A stretch of 64,000 nt of DNA, from IMG/VR virus record IMGVR_UViG_3300026521_000161, positions 32,001-96,000 of that record. One strand, 5' to 3'. The stretch comes from a virus. Made by a program: the position numbers and the translations under genes. Each line of letters starts with the position of its first letter. Position 1 is the stretch's first letter. Shown piece by piece: positions 27,310-37,867 of this stretch. The notes under the pieces were generated by a model. That model was not told the DNA's origin and ran no database searches. It saw nothing but the letters and a program-made list of their open reading frames with translations.

Positions 27310-30300
27310 ATGGAAAAGTATAAGAGTTTAAAATACATTTATAATAATAGAACTAAGAGATATACCATATACATAGATAATGTAGATCTTATAAAAGATG
27401 GTATAAAACATATCATAGGTAGAAGTGCTAGTAGGATACTTATAATAAAAGATAAGAAGACACAGTTTGATATCTATAGTTTCTTCTTATTAGAGTTAGA
27501 GCATACATTAGAAACATTAAAAGAGACTAGACCGGACTTAGCTGTTAAGATAGGTGGTATAGTACTTAATGATCTTATGAGTTTCCTTAAGACTAAAACA
27601 TGGTTAGCTGAACGTAATCATAAATCAGTAGTTAACGTATTAGATTATAATAATATTAGATCAGTTATGAAATATACGTTATTACCTCACCAAGTAGAAG
27701 TATTTAAGAAATATGAAGTTGTTAAACGTATGGCTAACCTTAGAGGATTCATGATGGATCTAGGAGCTGGGCAAGGTAAGATGGAAAAGAATGGTACACC
27801 AGTTAAAACACCTACTGGTTGGACTAATATAGAAAAGCTTAAGGTAGGCGATAAAGTTATAGGTAGTAATGGCAGACCAACTACTGTAACTGGTGTGTTC
27901 CCGCAAGGTAGGTTACCGTTAGTTAGGTTAAAGTTTGAAGATAATAGATATAGCGATGTAGGGCATGAACATCTATGGAGTGTTTCTGTAAATAATAAAT
28001 GGTCTGTTATGAAAACTTCTAAAATAATGAAATACATAGATAAAGGAAAAGATATTTATATACCTCTTATAGATTATAAGGTAAATAAGAATGATGTAGT
28101 AGATGAGCATTATATACATCCTTACCTAGTAGGAGTTATATTAGCTAGCGGTAGTAAGGTTAAGTGTATTAATGTAACCATAGATAAGGAACATGATAAA
28201 GTTAAATCTATATTACCAGAAGAGTATAGTCTATATAAAGATATTAACACATATCACGATACGCATAACCATAGGTTATTTTATAATGGTAAAGGTGATT
28301 GTAAGATAACTAAGCAGCTAAAGAAACTCAATATCTTTAATGGTAGAGACATAGTACCGGCACTACCAGCTAGTTATGAACACGGTTCTTATCTGACTAG
28401 AGTAGAGTTACTTAATGGTATATTAAATACTTCAGGAACTAACACTAAAGGTAATATCACTTACACAGAAGTTAAAGATATAAAGCTAGCTAACGTTATA
28501 AAAAGATTAGCATGGACTTTAGGGGATATAGCTTCCATACGTAAAGTTATAAGAACTACTAGATTAGGTTATGAATATACAGCATATGTGGTTAAGATAG
28601 TTAAAGAAAAGATCATTAAGATAACTGGTTATACAGAGTTACCAGAGCATGAAGCAACATGTATATCTGTATCTGCTAAAAATAAACTATATGTTACAAA
28701 AGACTATATAGTAACACATAACACATTTTCTTCATTAGCGTTAGGTGAAGCTCTTTCTTATAACAATGTTATAGTTATAGCTCCTAGCGCTACCATAGAT
28801 GACGTATGGGTTAAATCTGTTACAAAAGAGTTATATAAATCACCACAGCCTTATTTTGTTCTTAATAGTAAAAATAGGGATTATAAAAAAGAAAGATTTC
28901 TGATAATGAGTTACGAGACATTAGATAAGGTTAATAAAGATAAGAAATTGTTAAGAATGCTTAAGAGACTTAATCCTATGCTGATAGTGGACGAGTTCCA
29001 TAACTTTAACAATATCAAGGCTTTAAGAACATTTAACCTTATGGAGTTTGTTAAGAGAGTTGATTTTCAAGATGTTGTATTACTAACAGGTACGCCTGTG
29101 AAGATGAGCCTTAATGAACTTAAACCTATGTTATATATACTAGACGATAAGTTTAAATCTATAGTAGATATGTATGATGATTTCTACAGAGGTAGATATG
29201 AAATGTTTAGGAATAGATTCGACGTATATAGGAAACATGTTCCTAAAGATACTAAATCATTACCTCCTATTAAAATATCTGAATATAGAGTACAAATACC
29301 AGATAGTGATAGATTTACTCTAAAGGTAATTAATGAAGAGATAAAAGAGTTTAAGCTTAAACGTATGGAAGAGATAATGAGTAAGATGGATATATATGAG
29401 TCTATATACGAAGCAGCTCTTAATGAAGTATTTGTTTCTATGGTTACGTCAGGTATTAAAAAAGGCGAAGCTAATAAGTTATTATCTGATTATAGGAAAC
29501 TAGTTAAGTCTATAAGAAAGTTTAATAAAGATAAAAAGTTATATATGGCTCAGAATGATATCATAAGTGCTCGAGAAATGGAAAAAGAGATAATTTTAAG
29601 TAATCTATCTAGTAAAAGTAAAAAAGCTTTTAAAGACGTTATAAGCATCATTAAGTATCCAGAGCTTAAAGTACTTGGTGAAGCATTGGGCAAAGTGTTG
29701 TTAGGTACTAGAATAAAGTGTTATAACGAATTAGCCAAACATATTAACTACAAGAACATCCTATTATTAACAGATAAGAAAGGTATCGTATTTAGTAATT
29801 ATGTTAGTACATGTAAAGTAGCTATAAATAAAGCTACTAAGGATGGTTATAAACCTGTAGGTGTATTTGGTGATTTAGTAGAGAAACTACCTGTTTCTGT
29901 TAAAGCGTTCAATGATTTAAAAGATAAGACAAATCCTATAGTAGCTACTTATAAATCATTATCAACCGGTGTTCCTTTAGTAGCTGGTAACATAGTTATA
30001 TTACTAGACACTCCTGTTAGGAATTATCTACTAGACCAATCTATATCTAGAGCATGGAGGATAGGTCAGGATAGACCAGTAGAGGTATTAATGGTTAAAT
30101 TAGATACTGAAGGTAAATTAAATATAACAGATAGAGACCATTATATTTTAAATATGTCTACACAGAATGTAGAAATGATAACAGGTAATGTTAACCCTTT
30201 CGAGATACCACAACAGATAATGATAGAGGATGATATAGTAGATGAAGAAGATGAAGCTATACTAGATATGGAAAATACAGTTAAAGAAGAACTTAAGTCA

Positions 30301-30399
30301 TCTTTATTAAATAATATTAATTCAAATATGGTTAGTACAGATGAAGATAATACGAGTGTGTTAGGTAATATAATAAATAAATTTAAGTTTAAATTATAA
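27310..30399 (+). CDS. SF2 (SNF2-like) helicase/ATPase containing an intein
   Basis: Q-motif 'LLPHQ', Walker A GAGQGK|T split by the intein, 'IVDEFHN', 'LLTGTP', 'STGVPL' and 'QSISRAWRIGQ'. Confidence 0.88.
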   Translation: MEKYKSLKYIYNNRTKRYTIYIDNVDLIKDGIKHIIGRSASRILIIKDKKTQFDIYSFFLLELEHTLETLKETRPDLAVKIGGIVLNDLMSFLKTKTWLAERNHKSVVNVLDYNNIRSVMKYTLLPHQVEVFKKYEVVKRMANLRGFMMDLGAGQGKMEKNGTPVKTPTGWTNIEKLKVGDKVIGSNGRPTTVTGVFPQGRLPLVRLKFEDNRYSDVGHEHLWSVSVNNKWSVMKTSKIMKYIDKGKDIYIPLIDYKVNKNDVVDEHYIHPYLVGVILASGSKVKCINVTIDKEHDKVKSILPEEYSLYKDINTYHDTHNHRLFYNGKGDCKITKQLKKLNIFNGRDIVPALPASYEHGSYLTRVELLNGILNTSGTNTKGNITYTEVKDIKLANVIKRLAWTLGDIASIRKVIRTTRLGYEYTAYVVKIVKEKIIKITGYTELPEHEATCISVSAKNKLYVTKDYIVTHNTFSSLALGEALSYNNVIVIAPSATIDDVWVKSVTKELYKSPQPYFVLNSKNRDYKKERFLIMSYETLDKVNKDKKLLRMLKRLNPMLIVDEFHNFNNIKALRTFNLMEFVKRVDFQDVVLLTGTPVKMSLNELKPMLYILDDKFKSIVDMYDDFYRGRYEMFRNRFDVYRKHVPKDTKSLPPIKISEYRVQIPDSDRFTLKVINEEIKEFKLKRMEEIMSKMDIYESIYEAALNEVFVSMVTSGIKKGEANKLLSDYRKLVKSIRKFNKDKKLYMAQNDIISAREMEKEIILSNLSSKSKKAFKDVISIIKYPELKVLGEALGKVLLGTRIKCYNELAKHINYKNILLLTDKKGIVFSNYVSTCKVAINKATKDGYKPVGVFGDLVEKLPVSVKAFNDLKDKTNPIVATYKSLSTGVPLVAGNIVILLDTPVRNYLLDQSISRAWRIGQDRPVEVLMVKLDTEGKLNITDRDHYILNMSTQNVEMITGNVNPFEIPQQIMIEDDIVDEEDEAILDMENTVKEELKSSLLNNINSNMVSTDEDNTSVLGNIINKFKFKL
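27781..28722 (+). mobile_element. Class-3 intein (314 aa) with degenerate LAGLIDADG endonuclease
   Basis: Starts MEKNGTPVKTPTGW..IEKLKVGDKV; block B 'GHEHLW'; block F 'ATCISV'; ends 'YIVTHN' followed by Thr. Removal restores GAGQGKT. Confidence 0.88.
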
Positions 30400-30416
30400 A
30401 AAAAAAATAAAGTAAG

Positions 30417-30442
30417 CCATAGTGAGCGTTAGCTCACTATGG
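30417..30442. terminator. Hairpin between convergent genes
   Basis: CCATAGTGAGC-GTTA-GCTCACTATGG; U-run on the minus strand. Confidence 0.65.
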
Positions 30443-30444
30443 TG

Positions 30445-31218
30445 TTATTTAAGTTTGTATGCATGTCTTCTAACGTTTGATAGCTCGCCGCACTCTATCT
30501 CACGGATTGTGATGTTACCAGCGAAACTTCTACCTAGATAGTAAGTAGCATCGTCAGTAAATACGATAGTGTCATTTTTCATATTGTTAGGTTTAAGACC
30601 AGCGTTTGGTAGCACTGTTGTTGGGTCTAATAATAATAATGTGTTACCATTTCTTAGTCTACTACTAGTAGGTAACTTAACGTTATCTAACTTCATGAAG
30701 TCAAGTTTGTATATAAATAATAATGGGATAACATCATCATCTACCTTAAAGTAACTCTCCATCTCTTTTAACACATCCTCAGAGAACGATTCTCTGTAAG
30801 GGAACTCTACGTTAGATAATAGTTTAGCAAATCTATCATCATTACGCATCAGGTTAGATACGAGTTCATTACGATCTTCCTCATAATCACCCATAACTAA
30901 TCTCGTTTGTGTTACTCTACCTTGCTCACTTGCATGGACATCACATAACCCACTAACTAGTTTCTTGTTAACGAAATTAGTCAATGCTGTGTTGTAAAAC
31001 TTACTTATATCTTTACGAACATCCTCTCTAACAACCGGGAAGTCTATCTTACTTTCCACCGCATCATCAAGTAGCATATAAGGACCTTTAAGTTCACCTC
31101 TTCTCACGTATTTAACAACAACAAATATACCGTTAAGTAAAACAGGCTCCCCTACGAGCATTTTGTTTACATCAGCATTTTTAACCATATCTTCTAAACT
31201 TTCTACAATGATCTCCAT
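30445..31218 (-). CDS. Hypothetical protein
   Basis: 257-aa ORF with AGGAG RBS. Confidence 0.6.
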   Translation of the reverse strand: MEIIVESLEDMVKNADVNKMLVGEPVLLNGIFVVVKYVRRGELKGPYMLLDDAVESKIDFPVVREDVRKDISKFYNTALTNFVNKKLVSGLCDVHASEQGRVTQTRLVMGDYEEDRNELVSNLMRNDDRFAKLLSNVEFPYRESFSEDVLKEMESYFKVDDDVIPLLFIYKLDFMKLDNVKLPTSSRLRNGNTLLLLDPTTVLPNAGLKPNNMKNDTIVFTDDATYYLGRSFAGNITIREIECGELSNVRRHAYKLK

Positions 31219-31227
31219 GATCTTCTC

Positions 31228-31821
31228 CTATTTACTTTCTACAATAAATTTAAATGTTTTACCATCATTGTCTATGATGATTTTAAGTGTTTCGTCATCA
31301 CTCATGAACGGTAATAATTCACTACCGTGTTGTGGTTTATAACCAGCATCATAAAGACTTATAAGTTTATCACTTATAGTTTCTTTAACTGGTTCAATAA
31401 TTTCAGGTTCAGGGACTCTTTCTCTGGATCTAGGTTTATAATCTCTAGCAGAAGATCTATACTCTCTAGAACTCTCACGAGAGCTTCTACTACCACCTAT
31501 ACCTATAGAAGCAGAACTACTACCACCATATCTTTGCCCTCCTCTAGACGAACGTCTAGGTTCCTCATAAGAGGCACCAGCTCTGGACGGCATTCTTGGT
31601 GGTACGTCGTCGTAATAAGGATCTCTACCATATCCTCTATCTCTACCACCATAAGCAGGTTCTCTACCTACAGGTGGTCTACCAGCATCTAACGGCCTAC
31701 CCATATCATCACATTCCACCCAACGATCGTAATCGTCATATCTCCAAAATCGATTATAACGATCTACCCATACAACAGGTTGTTTGTATTCGTCCACTAG
31801 GAACGGTTCATAATCAGTCAT
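31228..31821 (-). CDS. Protein with a central R/G/S/Y-rich disordered region
   Basis: 197 aa; 'YGGRDRGYGRDPYY...RRSSRGGQRYGGSSS'; strong RBS and early-type promoter. Confidence 0.7.
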   Translation of the reverse strand: MTDYEPFLVDEYKQPVVWVDRYNRFWRYDDYDRWVECDDMGRPLDAGRPPVGREPAYGGRDRGYGRDPYYDDVPPRMPSRAGASYEEPRRSSRGGQRYGGSSSASIGIGGSRSSRESSREYRSSARDYKPRSRERVPEPEIIEPVKETISDKLISLYDAGYKPQHGSELLPFMSDDETLKIIIDNDGKTFKFIVESK

Positions 31822-31847
31822 TACGACTCCTTCTTTTTTATATAAAA

Positions 31848-31876
31848 TTAGTACACTGTACTATTTGAATAATATG
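31848..31876 (-). promoter_or_regulatory. Early-type promoter plus 5' hairpin
   Basis: Minus strand CATATTATTCAAATAGTACAGTGTACTAA. Confidence 0.55.
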
Positions 31877-31924
31877 TGGATAAAAAAATGTAGAAATAAC
31901 GTAGCCGTTAAGCCACGTTATTCT

Positions 31925-34327
31925 TTATTCTATTTTGTCTGTTGGTTCTTCAGGTTCATCACCATCTTCTGGAGTTTCATCCACATTACCTTCAGTAGAT
32001 TCATCTTCATTAACTTCTGGAGTTTCTGAACCACCGTCATCTATGTTATCATCATTATCAAATTCGTTATCTTCTTCCTCTTCTTCTATTTCACCGTTAC
32101 CTATTTTATCTCTACGTTTATCGAACTTAGATACCATTTTCTCATTCTCTTTAAGGAACGGTATGATAATCGCATCTAAACTTTTACCAAATACGTTAAA
32201 ATCAGTTAACAAGTTAAACATAGGTTTACCGTCCTCATCTAACGTAAACATCTTAGAGAAATCAGGTAAAACATTATTTTCATCTATATATCTTCTAAGT
32301 AACGTATGTTTAATTAAACCCTTAAGATCATCTAAGTCATCACCTATAGTACCTAAATAATTAGATGGTATTAAATCACTACTAAATAGTTTATCTATAA
32401 CGTTATCTAATAACTCTGTATATTTATCTACCATATCAGCAACATTAGTTTCCTCTGTCACTTCTGGCTTAGGCAATGTTATTTGTATGCTATCTATAAC
32501 TCTAGTTATCATATATTCAACGATATCGTCGTCACTAGCTTTCTTAAGAGCTTCTTTATTAACATCATTGTTATTGTTAACTAAGAATCTTTTCATCTTA
32601 CTATTAAGCATATCTGATAAAGCGCTACGTAACATACTCTTGAATTTACCGTCGACTTTTAACTTCTTCTGTATATCTTTTGTTAAAAGTTTTTCATATT
32701 TAGATTGTAATTTAAGTATGCGTTTTCTTAATAGTATATTATTAGCAATAATGGTTGTAGCGAATTCTGGACTATATCCGTTATCTATCATTTCTGGAGT
32801 TAAGTATAAACTAGTTATGATAAGTTTATCTATATCTTCTTTAAGGGTTTCATCTATTGGGTTTATCTCATTAGCTTTTTCTTCTATATCTATATTTACA
32901 TCTGGTAATCCAGGATGTTTAAAGTTAAAACTAAATCCTAATTTATGAACCCAATCAGTTAGATCATCAACATTTAAGATACCTATAGGCATACTTATCT
33001 GTCTGTTCCTAACTATCTCGGCCATGATGGCTTCCATAGATTTTTTATATTCTGGATCATCTGGATCTAAGTCCACTTTAACATCTGTAGTAGTTACACT
33101 ACTTTTTATATATGATAACATCTTAGTAAAAACTAACATAGCACGCATGCTCATTAATACAGACAATCTTTCTAATAAACTCTCACCCATACCATTTTCT
33201 CTAAAATTAATAGCATAGTAACTAACAAGATTAGTAGGTAAAAATAAAATGTCTATAGGTGTTTTAGAGATGATGCTATCTGCCATATCTAACACTATAT
33301 CGTCGTCTAACTCGAACTGTAAATCACTAAAGTCTTTATAAGGACTATTATCTAAGTAACCTTTTAACTTCGTTTTAATAAGTACATCTCTTAATCCGTC
33401 TAGTCCCTCTATAGTAGGGGCATCTTGTGTCATAGATTTAAGACTATTATTAACCTTAGCTATTAGTCCGTCTGAACTTGTAGGGTTACTACTCTTTCCT
33501 TGTTTCTTTTTCTTATTTTTTAAAAGAACAAAATACCCATAGTGTTTACTAGGGTCTTCTTGGCTAGTTATAGGTATTATTTTGTTAGGACTCATCTTCT
33601 TGATTATTGGTTTATCGCTACTTATATCAGTGTCGTCCATTATACCGAAATGATCATCATGTATCATAAGAGCTTCTAAACCAGGACTAATGCTTTCGCC
33701 ACTTAGTGTATTATTAACTATGTAGTTAGCTTTTTTCTCATTGAGAATGTCTTCTGCTAATATAGATGGGTTAGAAGTAAACTTAAATATTTTATCTTTA
33801 TCTTCTTTTATGGAATCTATATAATCACCCTGTGACATAAGCAAACTTTCAACACCAACACTAATGTCACTTTTTATTGTTTTAAACATGTCACTTATAT
33901 TTTTAGGCGGTATATTAAGTTCTACATAAGCACCCTTCTTAAATAATGATTCCTCCACTATCTCATTTAACTTATCACTAAGACCATATGTGTTTTCTGC
34001 ATATGTATCTATCATACCACTTATTAGCGATTGTGCTTCAGTAGGTAATTTAAACCCACTTAGTTTATATGTTAAACCACCAGTTCCCATATCGTTAGGT
34101 GAAGTAACTAATGACGTAACAAGTTCTATAGCTAAATCTATATCTGGGAATATCTCCTGTATATTTTTAACTAAGTTTTCCTGTCCATATCCATGATCGG
34201 ATAACTTAACTAGTTTTTTAAAATCAACAGCTTCCACTGTTTTATTAATAGCAGTTGTTTTCTTAGCTATTTTAGGTAACAAACTTTCGTATTGCACGGG
34301 TTCTTTTATAGTTCTTGACATTTTCAT
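31925..34327 (-). CDS. Portal protein (phiKZ gp129-like)
   Basis: 800 aa with 'FPDIDLA..L..S..SPND', 'GMGESLLE' and 'PEMIDNGYSPEFAT' motifs, VGVES and PGLEA sites, and an acidic tail. Divergent from a gp128-like gene. Confidence 0.75.
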   Translation of the reverse strand: MKMSRTIKEPVQYESLLPKIAKKTTAINKTVEAVDFKKLVKLSDHGYGQENLVKNIQEIFPDIDLAIELVTSLVTSPNDMGTGGLTYKLSGFKLPTEAQSLISGMIDTYAENTYGLSDKLNEIVEESLFKKGAYVELNIPPKNISDMFKTIKSDISVGVESLLMSQGDYIDSIKEDKDKIFKFTSNPSILAEDILNEKKANYIVNNTLSGESISPGLEALMIHDDHFGIMDDTDISSDKPIIKKMSPNKIIPITSQEDPSKHYGYFVLLKNKKKKQGKSSNPTSSDGLIAKVNNSLKSMTQDAPTIEGLDGLRDVLIKTKLKGYLDNSPYKDFSDLQFELDDDIVLDMADSIISKTPIDILFLPTNLVSYYAINFRENGMGESLLERLSVLMSMRAMLVFTKMLSYIKSSVTTTDVKVDLDPDDPEYKKSMEAIMAEIVRNRQISMPIGILNVDDLTDWVHKLGFSFNFKHPGLPDVNIDIEEKANEINPIDETLKEDIDKLIITSLYLTPEMIDNGYSPEFATTIIANNILLRKRILKLQSKYEKLLTKDIQKKLKVDGKFKSMLRSALSDMLNSKMKRFLVNNNNDVNKEALKKASDDDIVEYMITRVIDSIQITLPKPEVTEETNVADMVDKYTELLDNVIDKLFSSDLIPSNYLGTIGDDLDDLKGLIKHTLLRRYIDENNVLPDFSKMFTLDEDGKPMFNLLTDFNVFGKSLDAIIIPFLKENEKMVSKFDKRRDKIGNGEIEEEEEDNEFDNDDNIDDGGSETPEVNEDESTEGNVDETPEDGDEPEEPTDKIE

Positions 34328-34379
34328 CCTTTAGACACCCCAAGCTTGATTTGAGAAACAATCTATCAAGGAGTTAGTT

Positions 34380-37300
34380 ATGTTTGATATTACTAAATAT
34401 TTCAAGTCAACTATAGATTTGGTTAATAGCCTTACTATAAAAATTGATGAAATTAGTAAACATTTCAATTATCAGTACTATATAAAAAATGGTTTGGAAG
34501 TACCGATATTTTATAAAGACAAATATTTTCTTAACCTAGCAGGTATAAGAGGTGAATTAGATCCACAAGTATATATAAGAGATGCTTCGACTGGTACAGA
34601 TATTGAGATAACAGTAGAGAACTTAAACAATAATATATGGATTAAAAGAGAGCTTAATAAGTATGGGGAATTATTTAATTCTTTATGTAATAGTTATCAT
34701 GGTATGTCTGTGTATATACGAGGTTGTATAAACCCAATAAAGTTAGATGATCTTAAAGCGACTCCTAATTATAGATTACTATATTTTAATAAAGATTTAA
34801 TAGCTGATAATGAGCTATATCTTATATCTGAAATTGAACACTTTGTTAGTGTGTATATGAATACATACCATAATCCTAACTATATGTTAGATGCCTTGTA
34901 TTTACCGCAATTATTATTCAATCTTTATCAGTCTTTAGTTATGTATATACTAACGAAAAGATTAGAGAATATATTTAGTAATAAAGTGGATAGGTTTCAT
35001 ATAGATAATTTTCTATCTTCTTATAAGAACATTTATGAAGTTATGGACGTTTTTGATAAACCAACAGAATTATACGTCTATGGTAATATAAGAAGATTTA
35101 AAACAAATTTAGGTAAGAACGAGATCTTAGAAGAGATGTTATACAAAATATATGATAGGAATAGTTATGGTATCGGAGGACTATCTTTTAATAAGGAAGT
35201 ACCAGTTCTTATAGAAGACGCTAAAAACGATTATAAACGAGCTTACTTCGAAGATAAATATAACTTTAGAGTATCTAAAGCTAATAACTCATTATACAAT
35301 ATGGATGGAGTTGAGTTATCTTTAGAAGAAGTTATTAATCTAGAACATATAGCGGAGTTAGTTAATGATGATAATTTATTATCAGATAGTTATAACATAT
35401 TAACAAAACAGGAATCTTTCTTTCTAAAAGGTCAGGGCTATGATACTAAAACAAAGACATTCTTACTAGATAAACCAGAACGCATATCAACGCACTCTAA
35501 TAACGTTGTTATATCATCACTTAGTAATATGTTAAGTTACCTTAATAAGAGTGACTCATTTCTTTATATAGATTATATAAATCCTTATAACCATAAGTTA
35601 TACAAACTTAATGCTAGCGATATTAAGAATATACTCTTAGCTAACGTGTTGAATATGTACAAACTAGAAGGTGTCATTACTATCGAATTAGAAGGTATTT
35701 ATAATGTAAATGCTGATAAAGATTCTATACTTAGTAAAACATGGCATAAAGCAGATAATACGAATATCTATGATTTTATAACAGAAAACCCAGATAACAC
35801 CATGTTGCGTTCTGGTATGATAAAAGAATATTTTACATTAATAAATGGTGTAGAGAGACGTATGTGGTACATGATCTCTAATCTAGACGATCTTATGTTA
35901 AAGAATGATGTTAGAATAATGTCTAAGTATTTGTTTTTAACAGAAACCATGACAGTGGATGTAAATGAAGTTAATAAGTATATAGAAGATAATGATCTAG
36001 TTCCATTCACGTTAGATTGTAATCTAACAACTATGATAAGTTTACTGGAGTTCATAACAGGGTTAGATCTAGAACCAGATAAAAGTGTTATAGATAGGTT
36101 TAAAAAGCTTATAGAATTTTTTAATAAAACAACTAGTTACACAATACAACTATTATACGATACAGAGTTCAAGCATACGTTTGTTAATAACGTAACTAAA
36201 ACAAATCTTAATCTAGGATATAAGCCACTTATGGAAGTTAAAGCGGCAGAGTGGTACAAATACGAGCAGGCTGAGTATATCATACGATCGTATAATATGG
36301 AGGCAGATAGTTTAGATATTAAAGATAACCAGATAAACACTGTGTTTAACATAAGTAAGTCAGTTAGACAACAGTGTTATATGTTACCAGATGATATAAT
36401 AAAAGATGTTATGCTAATGGGACATAGTTATAGGCGACCTATACCATACAGTACATCTAGGTTATCATTAACCAGAGTAAATGATGGTGGTATAGAGACT
36501 GTCACTAATACTAAATCGGTTAATATAGTACCTAATGTTAAGAAAGAACTAAGTGTTAGTTTTATAGAAGATAGCGTTATGTCTACTAATATATTAATAT
36601 CAGATAGCCCATATAATAGATTTCATGATTATGGTACGCGTAATGGTTATTTTACTAGCGTCCTAGATAATAATGATATGGATATTAATAATAAAGTATT
36701 AGATAGCGTTATAACGTCTATGAGTGGGTCAAAAGTCAGTATAGGTGAAGATCGTATAGTAGAGCCATTACCAGTTTATGCTAGACGTAGTTACCATGAT
36801 TTTATTTCAACACCATCTTCAAAAACTGAACACGCGCTAGATAACATGGTTATGTTCTTAGATAAAGAGGTAGAATCTTTAGATGTTAAATACGTTAATC
36901 CATTATCTGTTAAATCTATACATGATGATTTTATAAGTTATGATTTAACTTCATCTACTCATGAATACATGAGAAGTTTAACGCAGGTTATTACAGGTTT
37001 ATATTCTACAACTATTCTCGATAATAGCGATTTAAGTTATTTTAATAAAGACATAGAAACAGTACAAAAGATAACGCAGGGTATTGACGATGTAGAGTAT
37101 GATGATATAAGTTCTATTAGTCCTAGTGCTGTAAGATATAGTTATCGTAGTATGTTTAATCCGTCTTCAGGATTTAGAACAGAATATTATAAAGATACTA
37201 AGTTTTATATAGAAGATGAAAAACAAGTAGATGTCAGTAAGTTAAAATATTCGACTGTTTATGCGGATATCATGGAGTTGAATAGTTTCAGATTGGATAC

Positions 37301-37835
37301 CAGTAATCCACTAGTTCTTAAATATAGAACGAATAATGATAATAAATCAGTTATTACTAATGACGATGGTCATATTTTAACAATCGATAATGTTAGTGAT
37401 TTAGATAATAGAAAACATTATGAAAGTAATGTGGTTAGTAAAACAGTGGGCATTGATGGTAATATTTTAGACAGTACATTACAAAACGGTAAACCATATG
37501 GTAATGGTGTAATACTTACTAATACGGGTATCGATACTATAGAAGATGACATAGGTAAATATGAAGATGTTAATATAGATAATGATAATAAGAATAAAGA
37601 TAGTAGTATAGTAGCTAAAGAAGAAACTATTGATATAGATATATTAGAAGGTTCTAGTCAGAATGGTAAACCATATGGTAGTAATATTACTACAACAGAT
37701 ACAAGCGTTAATACTACAGATGATGATGTTGTTGTAGAGTTAGTAACAAAACCTAGTTATAGAAAATATAGCGATACAGAAGTTGAAACGGATATAGAAG
37801 ATATTATTGTCGATTTAACATTCGAAATAAAGTAA
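34380..37835 (+). CDS. Large virion/baseplate protein (phiKZ gp128-like) with C-terminal repeat extension
   Basis: 'KYFLNLAG' and 'YIRGCINP' motifs; head-to-head with the portal gene; repeated QNGKPYG in the C-terminus. Confidence 0.6.
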   Translation: MFDITKYFKSTIDLVNSLTIKIDEISKHFNYQYYIKNGLEVPIFYKDKYFLNLAGIRGELDPQVYIRDASTGTDIEITVENLNNNIWIKRELNKYGELFNSLCNSYHGMSVYIRGCINPIKLDDLKATPNYRLLYFNKDLIADNELYLISEIEHFVSVYMNTYHNPNYMLDALYLPQLLFNLYQSLVMYILTKRLENIFSNKVDRFHIDNFLSSYKNIYEVMDVFDKPTELYVYGNIRRFKTNLGKNEILEEMLYKIYDRNSYGIGGLSFNKEVPVLIEDAKNDYKRAYFEDKYNFRVSKANNSLYNMDGVELSLEEVINLEHIAELVNDDNLLSDSYNILTKQESFFLKGQGYDTKTKTFLLDKPERISTHSNNVVISSLSNMLSYLNKSDSFLYIDYINPYNHKLYKLNASDIKNILLANVLNMYKLEGVITIELEGIYNVNADKDSILSKTWHKADNTNIYDFITENPDNTMLRSGMIKEYFTLINGVERRMWYMISNLDDLMLKNDVRIMSKYLFLTETMTVDVNEVNKYIEDNDLVPFTLDCNLTTMISLLEFITGLDLEPDKSVIDRFKKLIEFFNKTTSYTIQLLYDTEFKHTFVNNVTKTNLNLGYKPLMEVKAAEWYKYEQAEYIIRSYNMEADSLDIKDNQINTVFNISKSVRQQCYMLPDDIIKDVMLMGHSYRRPIPYSTSRLSLTRVNDGGIETVTNTKSVNIVPNVKKELSVSFIEDSVMSTNILISDSPYNRFHDYGTRNGYFTSVLDNNDMDINNKVLDSVITSMSGSKVSIGEDRIVEPLPVYARRSYHDFISTPSSKTEHALDNMVMFLDKEVESLDVKYVNPLSVKSIHDDFISYDLTSSTHEYMRSLTQVITGLYSTTILDNSDLSYFNKDIETVQKITQGIDDVEYDDISSISPSAVRYSYRSMFNPSSGFRTEYYKDTKFYIEDEKQVDVSKLKYSTVYADIMELNSFRLDTSNPLVLKYRTNNDNKSVITNDDGHILTIDNVSDLDNRKHYESNVVSKTVGIDGNILDSTLQNGKPYGNGVILTNTGIDTIEDDIGKYEDVNIDNDNKNKDSSIVAKEETIDIDILEGSSQNGKPYGSNITTTDTSVNTTDDDVVVELVTKPSYRKYSDTEVETDIEDIIVDLTFEIK

Positions 37836-37837
37836 AC

Positions 37838-37867
37838 ATAGTATATAGGGCTATCCCTATATACTAT
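37838..37867. terminator. Hairpin between convergent genes
   Basis: ATAGTATATAGGG-CTAT-CCCTATATACTAT. Confidence 0.65.
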
